Positions 21,315 to 31,746 of a stretch of DNA of 64,000 nt are shown here, piece after piece; position 1 is the stretch's first letter, and the number at the start of each line of letters is the position of its first letter. Location of the stretch: IMG/VR virus record IMGVR_UViG_3300040801_004034, positions 1 through 64,000 of that record, one strand, 5' to 3'. The position numbers were made by a program, and so were the translations under genes. Under the pieces are notes generated by a model. That model was given only the letters and a program-made list of their open reading frames with translations, was not told where the DNA came from and did not search any database.

Positions 21315-22045
21315 TATATTTCTTCTAGTTTTACAAAACAAGCAAACGCATTAATTTCTTTGTCCATAACAATTGCATCTTTGTATAAATGCTCACTTAT
21401 ACATAAGATATAACGTTTGCTCTGTTCATCGCTAAGATCTTCACACTTGTAAACATGTTCCAAGTAACCTCTCATCAAGGCATGATAATCACCTTGGAAC
21501 TCGCTGTCATTCTCAATCAAATACTTTCTAAGCTTAAGAGATTTCTTACCTGTAATACATTCATGCATGAATGAGTATATGTTATTGAGATTGGTCAACG
21601 TTTGAATATCTAACTTACCATCAACACAATTTTTCTGTACTTCGTTAATGATCTTACGTATATCTGGAAAGTTATTTTTGATAAGCTTACCAAGCTTTGA
21701 TTTCTGCTCACCACTAACGGTAATACCTTCAGCTGATAAGATATGAGCAACCCTCTTAAGAACATCACCAATATCAGCTGTAAAGTCGAATGACTGTGTT
21801 CTACTCTGAAGGGCTGGAATGATCTTGTGCTTGTAATTAGCTGTAAGTATAAACCTGGTTACCTCACTATACTCTTCAATTGTATTTCGTAGGGCTTTTT
21901 GGCCATCTTTTGAGAGCCCGTCACAATTACTCGTTAATACTTTTTTATTTCCAACAAAGAAATTATGTGTTTCATCAACTGAAAGGTCATAAACTTTCTT
22001 CTTTATACCAATTTTTGTTATTTTTTTAATCTTTAATTTTTGCAT
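21311..22045 (-). CDS. gp44: clamp loader large subunit gp44, C-terminal half preceded by a 40-aa split-intein C fragment
   Basis: VYDLSVDETHNFFVGNKKVLTSN|CDGLSKDGQKALRNTIEEY…FILTAN…ALQSR…FPDIRKIIN. Confidence 0.92.
   Translation of the reverse strand: MQKLKIKKITKIGIKKKVYDLSVDETHNFFVGNKKVLTSNCDGLSKDGQKALRNTIEEYSEVTRFILTANYKHKIIPALQSRTQSFDFTADIGDVLKRVAHILSAEGITVSGEQKSKLGKLIKNNFPDIRKIINEVQKNCVDGKLDIQTLTNLNNIYSFMHECITGKKSLKLRKYLIENDSEFQGDYHALMRGYLEHVYKCEDLSDEQSKRYILCISEHLYKDAIVMDKEINAFACFVKLEEIY
21926..22045 (-). mobile_element. split intein C fragment (40 aa, ends T-S-N; +1 Cys)
   Basis: Intein blocks F/G: VYDLSV…HNF…SN|C. Confidence 0.9.
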
Positions 22046-22970
22046 ATGCCTTTCTCATCATTTTAAGTTGTAATAAATTATCATCTTCAAATTTTGTTTC
22101 GTCAATATATTGTATAATATTTTCTTCATTAATCCATTTAAATGACATTTCATTCTGATCACAATATTCTTGCAATGCTGTCATTTTGTCTATTTCTATA
22201 TTATATCTATTTTTCGGTTTAATTTCATACATTGTACGGGTTTCCGGATCATAAAAATCTGAAATGTATGTTTTGACATCTGTTTTGACTCGTATCGTTT
22301 CATACTCACAATGTTGGTTACATAACCAAAAGCATGCTTCCCACGAACTTCTAAATTTTTTAGTTGTTTCCCCAATTACTATTTTTGCATCCCAGTGTGT
22401 CCATGTATTAGTAATGTTTGGTGTGTATTCACCTGATGCGATTTTCCGTTTCATGGTTCGTGACATTTTCTTTGAACACATCTTTTTATGTTGTTTACCT
22501 TCTTCAGTTTCGTAGAATTTTTTCATACGTTTTGATTTTTTATTCCGCTGAGCTATACCTGCATCTGTCTTATTATATTGTTTAAGTGTTTTACGTATTT
22601 TTTCTATTTCAGATTCAGTTTTTGTGTAATCTCTTAGTTTTGTCCACACACGTTGTTTAATTTCTGATGGCGTATATTTTTTCCAACCGGTCCAACCTTT
22701 AAATGTTCCTGAATAAGAAAAACTATCTTCTGTTAACAAAATTCCAGAATATAAGCTATAGTGCGGTTCTTCGAGTAAAAACAAAAAATGATTAACACTG
22801 GGTTTATCCATCCAGTATACCAAGTTAGTAAACCACAACTTATGTGTATCATATACCTTTTTTGTTACAGGATTATAATAACGTACCTGTTTTTGTTTAT
22901 AATCTTGTACCAAATGTTTTATTGACTCTTTTGAATATGATTTTCTATTCGTTCGATTGCCACCTCTCAT
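22026..22970 (-). mobile_element. free-standing homing endonuclease (NUMOD3-like repeats plus TnsA-like PD-(D/E)XK domain) between the gp44 halves
   Basis: FRSSWE…YE…YISDFY…YEIKP; start placed at ATG 22970, 5 nt after TAAATA. Confidence 0.8.
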
Positions 22971-22974
22971 ATAA

Positions 22975-23316
22975 TTATTTATGACATTCAACAGTAATAC
23001 TATCAACCTTTGTTAAAATTGTATCTATTCCTTTTGAGATCATATCATCTAATTTCATCCTTTCAATCTCACCGTCTTCATTTTCAACATACCATTTATG
23101 ACTACCAGTACATATTATTTTTTCATCATTTTCAAATTCAAGTTCGTAACAATCTTGTTCACCCATGTAAAAATGGCTAAATGGTCTATACTCTATTCTG
23201 TCTTTTATTTGATTATATGACATTACAAGATCATTATCATGATCAAGATCTTTAATAGGTTGAGTACATTTTTTACCATCTCTCAATACATGGACTGGTG
23301 TATTCTCATCAAGACA
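22975..23316 (-). mobile_element. split intein N fragment (113 aa)
   Basis: Block A CLDENT and block B CTGSHKW, followed by a stop codon. Confidence 0.9.
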
Positions 23317-23625
23317 TTCATCAAGCACAATGATCTTCAAATTTTTATCAAACGATTTCGTCTGTGCAAATCCTACAACTTTACTTCTGATAGTATCAAT
23401 ACCGTTTTCGTCAGATGCATTGATATACATATAATCACATTGCAACTTACTAATGATGATTTTCGCAAGCGTTGTTTTACCAATACCTGGTGTACCACAA
23501 AATAACATATGCGGTATTTCAGATGTTATATTTTCAAAATACTTACGATTTTGATTTGACAACACTAAGTCGTCTAATGTTTGAGGTCTGTAACGTTCTG
23601 TCCACAATTGATTAAATTTATCCAT
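22975..23625 (-). CDS. gp44: clamp loader large subunit gp44, N-terminal half followed by a 113-aa split-intein N fragment
   Basis: WTERYRP, GTPGIGKTT, INASDENGID, IIVLDE|CLDENT…IICTGSHKW. Confidence 0.92.
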   Translation of the reverse strand: MDKFNQLWTERYRPQTLDDLVLSNQNRKYFENITSEIPHMLFCGTPGIGKTTLAKIIISKLQCDYMYINASDENGIDTIRSKVVGFAQTKSFDKNLKIIVLDECLDENTPVHVLRDGKKCTQPIKDLDHDNDLVMSYNQIKDRIEYRPFSHFYMGEQDCYELEFENDEKIICTGSHKWYVENEDGEIERMKLDDMISKGIDTILTKVDSITVECHK

Positions 23626-23631
23626 ATTGAT

Positions 23632-23659
23632 ATTATAGTTTATGTTTATGGTTGTTCAA
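23632..23659 (-). promoter_or_regulatory. early promoter TTGAAC-N16-TATAAT, 6 nt before ATG
   Basis: Read directly from the sequence. Confidence 0.75.
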
Positions 23660-23675
23660 TAGATTAAATATTTTT

Positions 23676-23912
23676 ATGTACAAAACAGAACTCGAACTAA
23701 TCAACGAAGCTTACTATAATAGATCAGAGCAGGAATCTGATGAAGTATCAACTCAATATGATGAAATGGTGCCAGTTTCAATGGAAGAAGTGGTACATTA
23801 CTACATCGAAATGGTATCAGATGTTGCCGGAGACGGTCGTGAAGCGACCGAGCTTCGCAAGTTTGCCAATTTCGTTGATAACAATAGTTACGAAATCAGA
23901 GCAAGCGGTTAA
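23676..23912 (+). CDS. small acidic late protein (LINEAYY motif)
   Basis: Start placed at ATG 23676, 5 nt after TAAATA. Confidence 0.6.
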   Translation: MYKTELELINEAYYNRSEQESDEVSTQYDEMVPVSMEEVVHYYIEMVSDVAGDGREATELRKFANFVDNNSYEIRASG

Positions 23913-24154
23913 ATCTTTTTATCTTTGTTTACAGAGAGATTATATGTCCTCAAAACCCATCCAATGGTATAAGCAACGTGCACAGGTGTTGTATACCAAT
24001 ACTCTGTAAGAACAAGCATCATGTACCAAAATGGTTGACTAACCCAACCGAGCACAACACCTATAATCTTCCACTTACGTTGCTCGCTCATAGAGCAAAT
24101 AAATGCAGCAGGACCAAAGATGCCGATACCGAGTTGTGCAATTAAATCAAGCAT
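23909..24154 (-). CDS. small membrane protein
   Basis: 81 aa with two to three hydrophobic segments; coupled to dut by a TGATG overlap. Confidence 0.6.
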   Translation of the reverse strand: MLDLIAQLGIGIFGPAAFICSMSEQRKWKIIGVVLGWVSQPFWYMMLVLTEYWYTTPVHVAYTIGWVLRTYNLSVNKDKKI

Positions 24155-24642
24155 CAGCGACCGCTTGATCCGAAACCGTGTGCGCCTCGTTCTGCCGGGG
24201 TAATTTGATCAGCCCATTCAACTGTTGTTACATAGTTCTTTTCAATCTTAATTTGCGCAACTTTATCACCTTTCTTATAGTGATATGGTATACCTGTCAG
24301 ATTGTATATTTTTACACCAAGATCAGACCTGTAGCCGGTGTCGATTTCCCCGAAGTGTGGTTGAATACCATGTTTAAACCCTAAACCAGACTTTGGTTTA
24401 ATAACAAATCCAAACCCTGGTGTAATGTTACCGACTGTAATACCTGTAGGTACAACAGCGTGCCCGACATCTACACCACCGGTTGTATCAACTTTACTAC
24501 GTGGTATTGTAGTATCCTCTACAGCAAACAGATCGTAACAATTATCATCATGATGGGCCTTTTCAGGTAATTTAGCATCATCATGGGTTTTTACAAATTC
24601 GATTTTACAATCAATACGCTGGATGTTATTTTCTTCATTCAT
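24154..24642 (-). CDS. dut: trimeric dUTPase
   Basis: YDLFA, PKSGLG, GEIDTGYRS, GDKVAQ, RGAHGFGSSG. Confidence 0.95.
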   Translation of the reverse strand: MNEENNIQRIDCKIEFVKTHDDAKLPEKAHHDDNCYDLFAVEDTTIPRSKVDTTGGVDVGHAVVPTGITVGNITPGFGFVIKPKSGLGFKHGIQPHFGEIDTGYRSDLGVKIYNLTGIPYHYKKGDKVAQIKIEKNYVTTVEWADQITPAERGAHGFGSSGR

Positions 24643-24648
24643 ACACCT

Positions 24649-24676
24649 ATTATACAGTATGTGTTTGGTTTATCAA
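24649..24676 (-). promoter_or_regulatory. early promoter TTGATA-N16-TATAAT, 6 nt before ATG
   Basis: Read directly from the sequence. Confidence 0.75.
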
Positions 24677-24697
24677 GATATCGACTAAATATAATAA

Positions 24698-25183
24698 ATG
24701 GATAATGATGAATTAGATGATTCAGTGAATGACCTTATAAGTCAATTACAATCAATAGATAACAATACAGGCGTACAGAAAAGCCAAAAAGAATTGACAC
24801 CTGAAGATGTGGAAAAATTTCTTGTTATGAGTTCTGGTAAGCTTGTTACAGACTCGCTTGATGTTGTAAGTACATTAAAGGAATACGTAAGAAGCTCGCC
24901 AAACCCGGAAGATGTAGAGGCACTTGCAAGAATACTTTCATCAAGTGCAGCAGCTATTGAAACATTGAACAAGATTCATATTAACGAAAGAAAAATCACT
25001 GCTCAACGACAAATCAAAGAGATGGATATTGAGAGTAAAAAAGAAATTGAAGAACAAAGATCTAATGCTGGTGCTCTTACGATAAATCGTGATGAATTAC
25101 TCGATTATATGATCTCTAAAGCTAAAGTAATCGACGCAGATGCAACAGATGCTGAGGTAGCTGAAATTAAAGATGCTACCTAA
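24698..25183 (+). CDS. probable terminase small subunit (gp16-like)
   Basis: 161 aa, helical; SPNPEDVEALARILSS…IETLNKIH and RDELL resemble the gp16 core; late motif upstream. Confidence 0.55.
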   Translation: MDNDELDDSVNDLISQLQSIDNNTGVQKSQKELTPEDVEKFLVMSSGKLVTDSLDVVSTLKEYVRSSPNPEDVEALARILSSSAAAIETLNKIHINERKITAQRQIKEMDIESKKEIEEQRSNAGALTINRDELLDYMISKAKVIDADATDAEVAEIKDAT

Positions 25184-26024
25184 CTGCACTAAGTGAATCA
25201 TTCATTGTAGGCGCCCCCGATTCAATTTTATTCAAAAACATATCTACCTGTGTTGTAATGCCTTCAACATCTAACGTTACTGGGATTAACTTTGCAACGT
25301 TCTCGTTCTCACGAATATTAACATTTTTAATATAAAATATGAACTCACCCATTTCTTTAAGAGCTGAGATAAGACCTTTTTTCGTTTCGTCTTTAAAATC
25401 GAACAATCGCTCATAATACTGATAGTCCACAACATGATTTTTACCATGTGATGTTGTACTATCTGTTTTGGTAACAGACCCGTTTATTCCTTGCAAATTC
25501 TGCTTCATCAGCGCATCAAGATGAAGCGACATTTTAACTTGTAGTAGTTTGTTATGGTTTGTCGTTTTGTTGAATAATGTAACAGGTGTATTCATTACAA
25601 CAGGGGATTCTTCACTGAATATATCAAAGAATGGTGATAAACTGTTGTCAAAGACTGTCGTATGCTCTGTTAACAAACCAATATCATCAGAATACTCAGT
25701 GAAATACTGATTGCTCGAACCTATTATCGTTTGAATTGATTGTTGTAGTGCTGATGATAATGAATTGAATTTCTCAATAAAATGATTTTTAAAATTGTTA
25801 TCAAATAGCTCAAACCGTTCATCATTCAATTGTTTATAAAGTTCAGCTGTAGCTTGTATAGCTTTCGGATCACATTTTTTTGTTTCAAACGCAATGCTTG
25901 AGTCTAATGCATCGATGTATTTGCTGAAGATGTCTAACATGTTACTTGCTGATCTGTAGTATTCAGTTGTCGGTAATACAACAGTATCTACATAAGCTGG
26001 TAATAATGATGTCTGGTATGCCAT
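25176..26024 (-). CDS. hypothetical protein in the tail/baseplate operon
   Basis: 282-aa ORF coupled to the upstream gene by TAATG. Confidence 0.6.
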   Translation of the reverse strand: MAYQTSLLPAYVDTVVLPTTEYYRSASNMLDIFSKYIDALDSSIAFETKKCDPKAIQATAELYKQLNDERFELFDNNFKNHFIEKFNSLSSALQQSIQTIIGSSNQYFTEYSDDIGLLTEHTTVFDNSLSPFFDIFSEESPVVMNTPVTLFNKTTNHNKLLQVKMSLHLDALMKQNLQGINGSVTKTDSTTSHGKNHVVDYQYYERLFDFKDETKKGLISALKEMGEFIFYIKNVNIRENENVAKLIPVTLDVEGITTQVDMFLNKIESGAPTMNDSLSAVR

Positions 26025-27586
26025 TATATTGTATCCTCCTTAAATTGCGGATCAGTAAAGTGGTACGTCTTAACAGCAATCACTTTGTTATAGTATTCTG
26101 TTTCGTTAACAAACACATGTTCTACATTAATAATGAAATATGTACCTATAAACTTTCTATCGAACTTATTATCCACATACTGACCATCACGCTCGACGTT
26201 TATAAATTTACCAGAACGTCTAAAAACTTGACCGGGTAATGTTAATTCAACACCAATGTTGGTAAGAAGAGCATTACGTAGGAATTTGTTTACCCCAGCA
26301 TTACGCTTCAACGCTGGGTTATTTGCGTATTGCGAGAATGTGTTTTCGTGTGATAGGTTTCTGCGTTTAGTGTCGTTAACAATAAGATTAGGTGATGGCT
26401 CACCATTTTGTCCTTTCATACCATCAACATAATTTTGCGCAAATACACTCTTTCCGGTTTCAATATTACTTGATTTCTGTTCAGCATTAAACTGTTTTTT
26501 GTCATAATCGTATGAATGTACAATTTTTGTATTAACTTTGTTTGAAAGAAGAAGACTATCAGTATTAAAGAATTTGTAATCTCTTACTTGACTTTGTTCA
26601 CCGAATGACGGTGATATAAGTGGTGTTTTTCTTTCGTTTTCTGAAAGCGTACCACCTTCTTCTGGTAACCCGGATATGATTACTGTTTCGATTGCATCTT
26701 TACCTGCACTATCAGTATCTACACCTTTAACATACGCTCTTGAAAACTTTTTTGAAACACTTTCGAGAGAATAAAGACCTGTGTATTGATGTTTGCTCAA
26801 AATACTAAAATCGGAAACTGTATCATCACTAACATGTCTATCATAAATATACATCATATCATCATATGCAGAACTCTGTGATGGTGAACTATAAAATATT
26901 TTCGATGCACCGGGTTCAAAATTTTCACCAGCTGGATCGATAATAGCATTTATATCACCTACAAAGAGCGCATCTTTAAGTATGAGTTTAAGACAATTGC
27001 CTGTCGATACTTGTCTTTCTTCATTCGTAAGATTTTGAACCTCTAATGGGTTGTCAAGATTGAGTAACTTTGTTGTAGAGAAGAATATGTTCTTCTCTCT
27101 TAACAGCAACTCATCATAATCCATAAGTTTAAAACGTTTGTATGAACCTTCTTCTTCTGTTATTTCTTCATCATATTGACATACAAATGTATTTCTAAAT
27201 CCAAACACTCGTTTAAACTCTTCACCTAAATCACTATAAGCGTTCTTTTCAATAGGTATAATTTCAAGATACATTATATCTCTACCATCACCTCGAATAT
27301 TAAACCCTTGTACATCGTTTAATTCCGGATTTTGCTCGGTGTCCGAATTACTAAATTTTAATCTTTCAAACACATTATCATTATTCTTAATAACCATATC
27401 AGCTGATGTGAATGGTGAAAAAATATTATCGGTAATTGTCAATGTCTTAATACTAGACTTTGTAATTGGTAATACATTGTTATCCGGGTTTAAAAACACC
27501 GGTTTGAATATGTATTTCTGCTCATGTAAAATACACTCAAAATTTTGTGAATCTAGTTCATTCAGTAATGTGTTATTGATTGGCAT
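26024..27586 (-). CDS. baseplate hub protein (gp27-like)
   Basis: LTITDNIFSPFTSA…LPGQVFRRSGKFI…GTYFIINVEHVF; follows gp53. Confidence 0.6.
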   Translation of the reverse strand: MPINNTLLNELDSQNFECILHEQKYIFKPVFLNPDNNVLPITKSSIKTLTITDNIFSPFTSADMVIKNNDNVFERLKFSNSDTEQNPELNDVQGFNIRGDGRDIMYLEIIPIEKNAYSDLGEEFKRVFGFRNTFVCQYDEEITEEEGSYKRFKLMDYDELLLREKNIFFSTTKLLNLDNPLEVQNLTNEERQVSTGNCLKLILKDALFVGDINAIIDPAGENFEPGASKIFYSSPSQSSAYDDMMYIYDRHVSDDTVSDFSILSKHQYTGLYSLESVSKKFSRAYVKGVDTDSAGKDAIETVIISGLPEEGGTLSENERKTPLISPSFGEQSQVRDYKFFNTDSLLLSNKVNTKIVHSYDYDKKQFNAEQKSSNIETGKSVFAQNYVDGMKGQNGEPSPNLIVNDTKRRNLSHENTFSQYANNPALKRNAGVNKFLRNALLTNIGVELTLPGQVFRRSGKFINVERDGQYVDNKFDRKFIGTYFIINVEHVFVNETEYYNKVIAVKTYHFTDPQFKEDTI

Positions 27587-27588
27587 TG

Positions 27589-27951
27589 TTAAAGTTGTCT
27601 ACGTATCGCATCAACAACAAGTTTAATATACTTGGGTTTCACAATGCGTATATCTCTCCCTACAGGTAAGTTCTTAACAGGGTTAGATATATTATTTACA
27701 ATTAAAATCAGCCACCACAAGTGCATAGTACCATATGCATTATACGATATTGTTGTGAGGGGAGATTTTTTAACAAGTTTTATTGCATCAAAGTAATTAC
27801 TATTTAAATCATCCGGTAACTCTATTTTCTTGATTATATTGTAGAAGTAATAATCTCTTTCACCTGTTTCATACACACGGAAAATATTCTCGAATCTGTA
27901 TGATTCAAGTGTTGGTAAATCTGGTATATTATTTTGATATTTCCCGTTCAT
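27589..27951 (-). CDS. gp53: baseplate wedge gp53-like (LysM-like)
   Basis: ISYNAYGTMHLWWLILIVNNISNP. Confidence 0.8.
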   Translation of the reverse strand: MNGKYQNNIPDLPTLESYRFENIFRVYETGERDYYFYNIIKKIELPDDLNSNYFDAIKLVKKSPLTTISYNAYGTMHLWWLILIVNNISNPVKNLPVGRDIRIVKPKYIKLVVDAIRRQL

Positions 27952-27954
27952 ATG

Positions 27955-29259
27955 TTAGTTAGTTAAATTTCGAACAGCTGCTTTTGTTGTATTGCTATGT
28001 TCTAATGGAATTATATCTGGAGACGAAATACCACCAGCATTATACCCAGGTGTTGGTCCCCCAGCTACATTTGATGTACCTAGAACAGGTTCCGTTAACG
28101 TTTCACCACCTACAGAACTTGTTGTTACAAGACCTGGACTAATACTTTCATAAAGAAAGTTACGTGTTTCTTCGTTAAGTCCTGAAATTGTTATATTCAC
28201 TTGATATGCATCTGGTATAATAGCTTCTACTCTTTGAACACCTACATCAGCATCATCAGAAGATGTTGTAACCGGTAATGGTATTTTCATCTTACGTCTA
28301 CCACCAATAAAGTCGACTGACATGTTTGAAATGTAGCTATACGGCATAAACAACACCCCGTCTATAATAGTTTCATAAATAACAGGTAAATCAACAAGTG
28401 TTCTTGTTATTCGGCCCGGGCGATTTTGATATACTAACCCGAAAATAAGTTGCCAATTTTGTGCTACATCATCATATGTACCAGTATTTAGCAACGGAAA
28501 TGAAATATTAATATTTCGACCTTCTTGCTGCATTTGAAACTGTCTTGACTCTTCAATATACGTACCAGGTCGGAGGGCTTGAGCAACACTAGCTAGGTTT
28601 GCAGCAATATCTACCGCAGCACTTGCAAAACTACTTGCAATATTTTGCTGATTTTCTCCCATTTGAGTTCGTAATTCAGAATGTTTATTATCAAAGTATG
28701 GTAGGTTATATTCAAAACCTGTATCTTCTAATGCATAAAGACCATTATATGGTTTCAACACATTGCTTGTAAACTGCGCTCCACCGCCTAACTCTGTAAT
28801 AGCGTTTTGTGCAGCCGAAATTGTCTCTGAAATTTGCTCGCTTGATATCTGAGCAATACTACCCACATTTTGGCCGATTGATGTTTGACTCAATGCGTTA
28901 CCGCCTGGTATCAAATTCTGTACTGTAGCTGCTGAGTTTATTAAACTATCTACACCTGTACCACCCGCACCAAGAGCAGCATTTAAACTATATGCAAGAT
29001 TTGTGATAGTGCTATTCTTTGTTATACGTTTTTCTTTAATACGAACACTCGGTGTATCACGACGTGATGTTTGTGGAGACTTTGTCCATTGAAAATCGTT
29101 AACGACATCAATAGGGCTTGTAGGGTTTCCTACAATAAGCTTTTCATACACAGTATTCGCAGAAAAGTCTATATCATTACCTGTTATACTAGTAGATGAG
29201 CGTACTAGAGCAGGTATTGTACCGTCTTTACCGAATTTAAGTGACCATAAGTTTGACAT
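27955..29259 (-). CDS. baseplate tail-tube cap (gp48-like)
   Basis: Position between the tape-measure-like gene and gp53; YISNMSVDF…YQVNITI tube-fold strands. Confidence 0.45.
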   Translation of the reverse strand: MSNLWSLKFGKDGTIPALVRSSTSITGNDIDFSANTVYEKLIVGNPTSPIDVVNDFQWTKSPQTSRRDTPSVRIKEKRITKNSTITNLAYSLNAALGAGGTGVDSLINSAATVQNLIPGGNALSQTSIGQNVGSIAQISSEQISETISAAQNAITELGGGAQFTSNVLKPYNGLYALEDTGFEYNLPYFDNKHSELRTQMGENQQNIASSFASAAVDIAANLASVAQALRPGTYIEESRQFQMQQEGRNINISFPLLNTGTYDDVAQNWQLIFGLVYQNRPGRITRTLVDLPVIYETIIDGVLFMPYSYISNMSVDFIGGRRKMKIPLPVTTSSDDADVGVQRVEAIIPDAYQVNITISGLNEETRNFLYESISPGLVTTSSVGGETLTEPVLGTSNVAGGPTPGYNAGGISSPDIIPLEHSNTTKAAVRNLTN

Positions 29260-29269
29260 CTACTAATAT

Positions 29270-30970
29270 TTAATACGAGTGTCTGTATTGAAGATCACGC
29301 AGTCCATTACCATTGAAATTAATATGTGTAACTTTATTAGATGATGATATATTGTTTGTACTAGGGTTTTGGAGTCTTGCTTCAATATTTTTGAGAACCT
29401 CTGTATTCTCTTTTTGAATTGCTAACTGATCTTCTGCAATTTGTGTAAGTTCTTTTACACTTTCATCAGTTTTCTGTTCTTTTTTCTGCTGTTTGGTATT
29501 TGCATATGCAGCAACATCACTAACACTGTTACGTTTTCTGAGTTCATCTTTAATAAACTTCATGTCCTCATCACGCAAATCATTATCATCAATTATAGCT
29601 TGTAACTGCATGTCTGTTGCAGCAGTAACTTTGTTTTTATCAATTTCAGATGCACCAATTATATCTTTATTATAAAGGCCAGAAGTTTTCGCTGATTTAT
29701 ATGCATCAATTTCCGCATCACCGGCTCCGCCATCATCAAATCCAGGTATACCAAGAAGGCTTGCTACTTTTGATTGTATACCGAACATTTTCGGAAACGA
29801 GTTGATAATTCCAGTCATTGCTTTCTCTCGTATAGCTTTGAACAAGTCTTTAAATGAACCTTTTGGAGCACCTCTTTCACCTGTTTCTTCATCAACTTCA
29901 CCAAACAAGAAATCAGCTAATGGTTTAACAAATGGTATAGCATATGCCATTTCAGTAAAACCTTCTTTAAAATTACCAGTAAATACTTTACCAACACCAC
30001 CCCAGAATTGAAACAGGTTTTTGATCGGATAGCTATTCATCATTTTATCTTTGATTTTACCAAAAAATTCTTTGATTTTGAAACCTTTTCCTTCACCTGA
30101 CTTGCTTGTATCTTCTGATGGTGCGGTATTCATAAATGCATTTAGTATATCGATACCAATACCAACAGCTGTACCAATACCAGGGAAGAGATATGCAATA
30201 CCTGAAGCTACATTCATCATACCACTAATTAGATCACCGTTCTTGAAATCTTTAAATGCAAATGCCCATGATATCATTGACCCAATACCTGGTAGTCTAC
30301 CTAATACTGGTTTTAGCATTTTACCAGCTAAACTAACAATTTTAGAAAAAATACCTTTACCAGCACCTTGACCTAGTATTTTTGCAAACGGTTTCATAAT
30401 CATACTTGCTACTGATTTAAACACACCTTTGACTTTTGTTATAACAGTATCAAACACTTTAGTATTTTTTACAATACCAAGAGCTTTACTTATGATTTTT
30501 GATAAACCGCTAATAAACGTCTTGATAGGCTTCATAATAGTATTACTCAATACTTTAAGACCACCCATAATACCACCTTTTGCAAGCAAGCTCAGAAATT
30601 GTGAAAGTGGACCATCTGACATCAACCCTTTCACTAGAGCAGCTAGACCACCCAAAACAAGCATACCACCAAGCATTAGTTTTTTTATAAAGCCTGAATC
30701 ATCCTTACCTTGCTTACCATCCTGACCGTCTTGACCACCACCATATGCTGAACGTTTTAAATCATCTTCAGCTTTGCGTCCAAAATCAGTAACAATGACA
30801 GACTTAGGCTTTTCAATTACTCTATCAGCATCCTGTCCAGTAACTTTACTTTCACCAGACCCTGTAACCTTACCAGTAAGAGATTTTACATTCTGAGCTG
30901 TTTGTTCAGTAATTTTTGTTACCTTTGATACGAGTGATAAAACCTCTGCAATTTGTATAGCGTCTGCCAT
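29270..30970 (-). CDS. tape-measure / baseplate hub (gp29-like) protein
   Basis: G/A/K-rich amphipathic helices; LPGIG and FPGIGTAVGIG motifs. Confidence 0.6.
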   Translation of the reverse strand: MADAIQIAEVLSLVSKVTKITEQTAQNVKSLTGKVTGSGESKVTGQDADRVIEKPKSVIVTDFGRKAEDDLKRSAYGGGQDGQDGKQGKDDSGFIKKLMLGGMLVLGGLAALVKGLMSDGPLSQFLSLLAKGGIMGGLKVLSNTIMKPIKTFISGLSKIISKALGIVKNTKVFDTVITKVKGVFKSVASMIMKPFAKILGQGAGKGIFSKIVSLAGKMLKPVLGRLPGIGSMISWAFAFKDFKNGDLISGMMNVASGIAYLFPGIGTAVGIGIDILNAFMNTAPSEDTSKSGEGKGFKIKEFFGKIKDKMMNSYPIKNLFQFWGGVGKVFTGNFKEGFTEMAYAIPFVKPLADFLFGEVDEETGERGAPKGSFKDLFKAIREKAMTGIINSFPKMFGIQSKVASLLGIPGFDDGGAGDAEIDAYKSAKTSGLYNKDIIGASEIDKNKVTAATDMQLQAIIDDNDLRDEDMKFIKDELRKRNSVSDVAAYANTKQQKKEQKTDESVKELTQIAEDQLAIQKENTEVLKNIEARLQNPSTNNISSSNKVTHINFNGNGLRDLQYRHSY

Positions 30971-30990
30971 ACATATATTTATACGCTAAG

Positions 30991-31713
30991 TTATACTATG
31001 AAAAATTCAGGTGTAATTGAAATAGCATTCTTTTCATTACCTGTATGTGTTAATTGCGATTCTGCACCACGAACATCATTAATATAGTCTTTCACGTCTT
31101 TAAAATGTTTTGTATCTATTGCACCTAATAACTCTACTGTTGGTGCTACACTCGTACATTTAAACTGATTATCATTGATTGTAATACATGTAATAAACTT
31201 AGCAAGCTCATGTACATAGAGATCACCAATCAAATCATTATAATCATCTTTACCTGAATGTTTTTTCAACAAGAATGCATTAACTTTATTATCATGCTCT
31301 AAGTTCGGAGCAGTTACTTCAAATATATAATCACCGGATGTAACTGTTTTTGTTTCAAACAACAATTCCGTATCTTTGTTATGTTCAATGATATCTGAAA
31401 TTTTAACCGTTGTATCATCATCAATTTCAACTTCGTCTTGAATATATTTTCGTAAAGCTAGTGCAAGTTTTACACGATCAATAGTGTTAATACGATTTAC
31501 AACACCAATGTCTGTATTTTCTTTGATAATTTTATAGAATACAGTATTGAAGAAAACAGCTCCGAGTAATGGATCACTATTTGAATCAATAACCGTTTTT
31601 TGCTGTGATAATGTAAGTGGTTTTATAGTAACTACTTCATTTGTACAATCAACCGGGATACCACTGTTTGATTTTTTGATATCTGCAAGTATATTATTAA
31701 AGTTTTCTGACAT
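30991..31713 (-). CDS. baseplate hub assembly protein (gp26-like)
   Basis: IKPLTLSQQK…TIDRVKLALALR; located upstream of the tape measure. Confidence 0.5.
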   Translation of the reverse strand: MSENFNNILADIKKSNSGIPVDCTNEVVTIKPLTLSQQKTVIDSNSDPLLGAVFFNTVFYKIIKENTDIGVVNRINTIDRVKLALALRKYIQDEVEIDDDTTVKISDIIEHNKDTELLFETKTVTSGDYIFEVTAPNLEHDNKVNAFLLKKHSGKDDYNDLIGDLYVHELAKFITCITINDNQFKCTSVAPTVELLGAIDTKHFKDVKDYINDVRGAESQLTHTGNEKNAISITPEFFIV

Positions 31714-31746
31714 AAATGTATTTATTCGTACTTCAAGATATTACCA

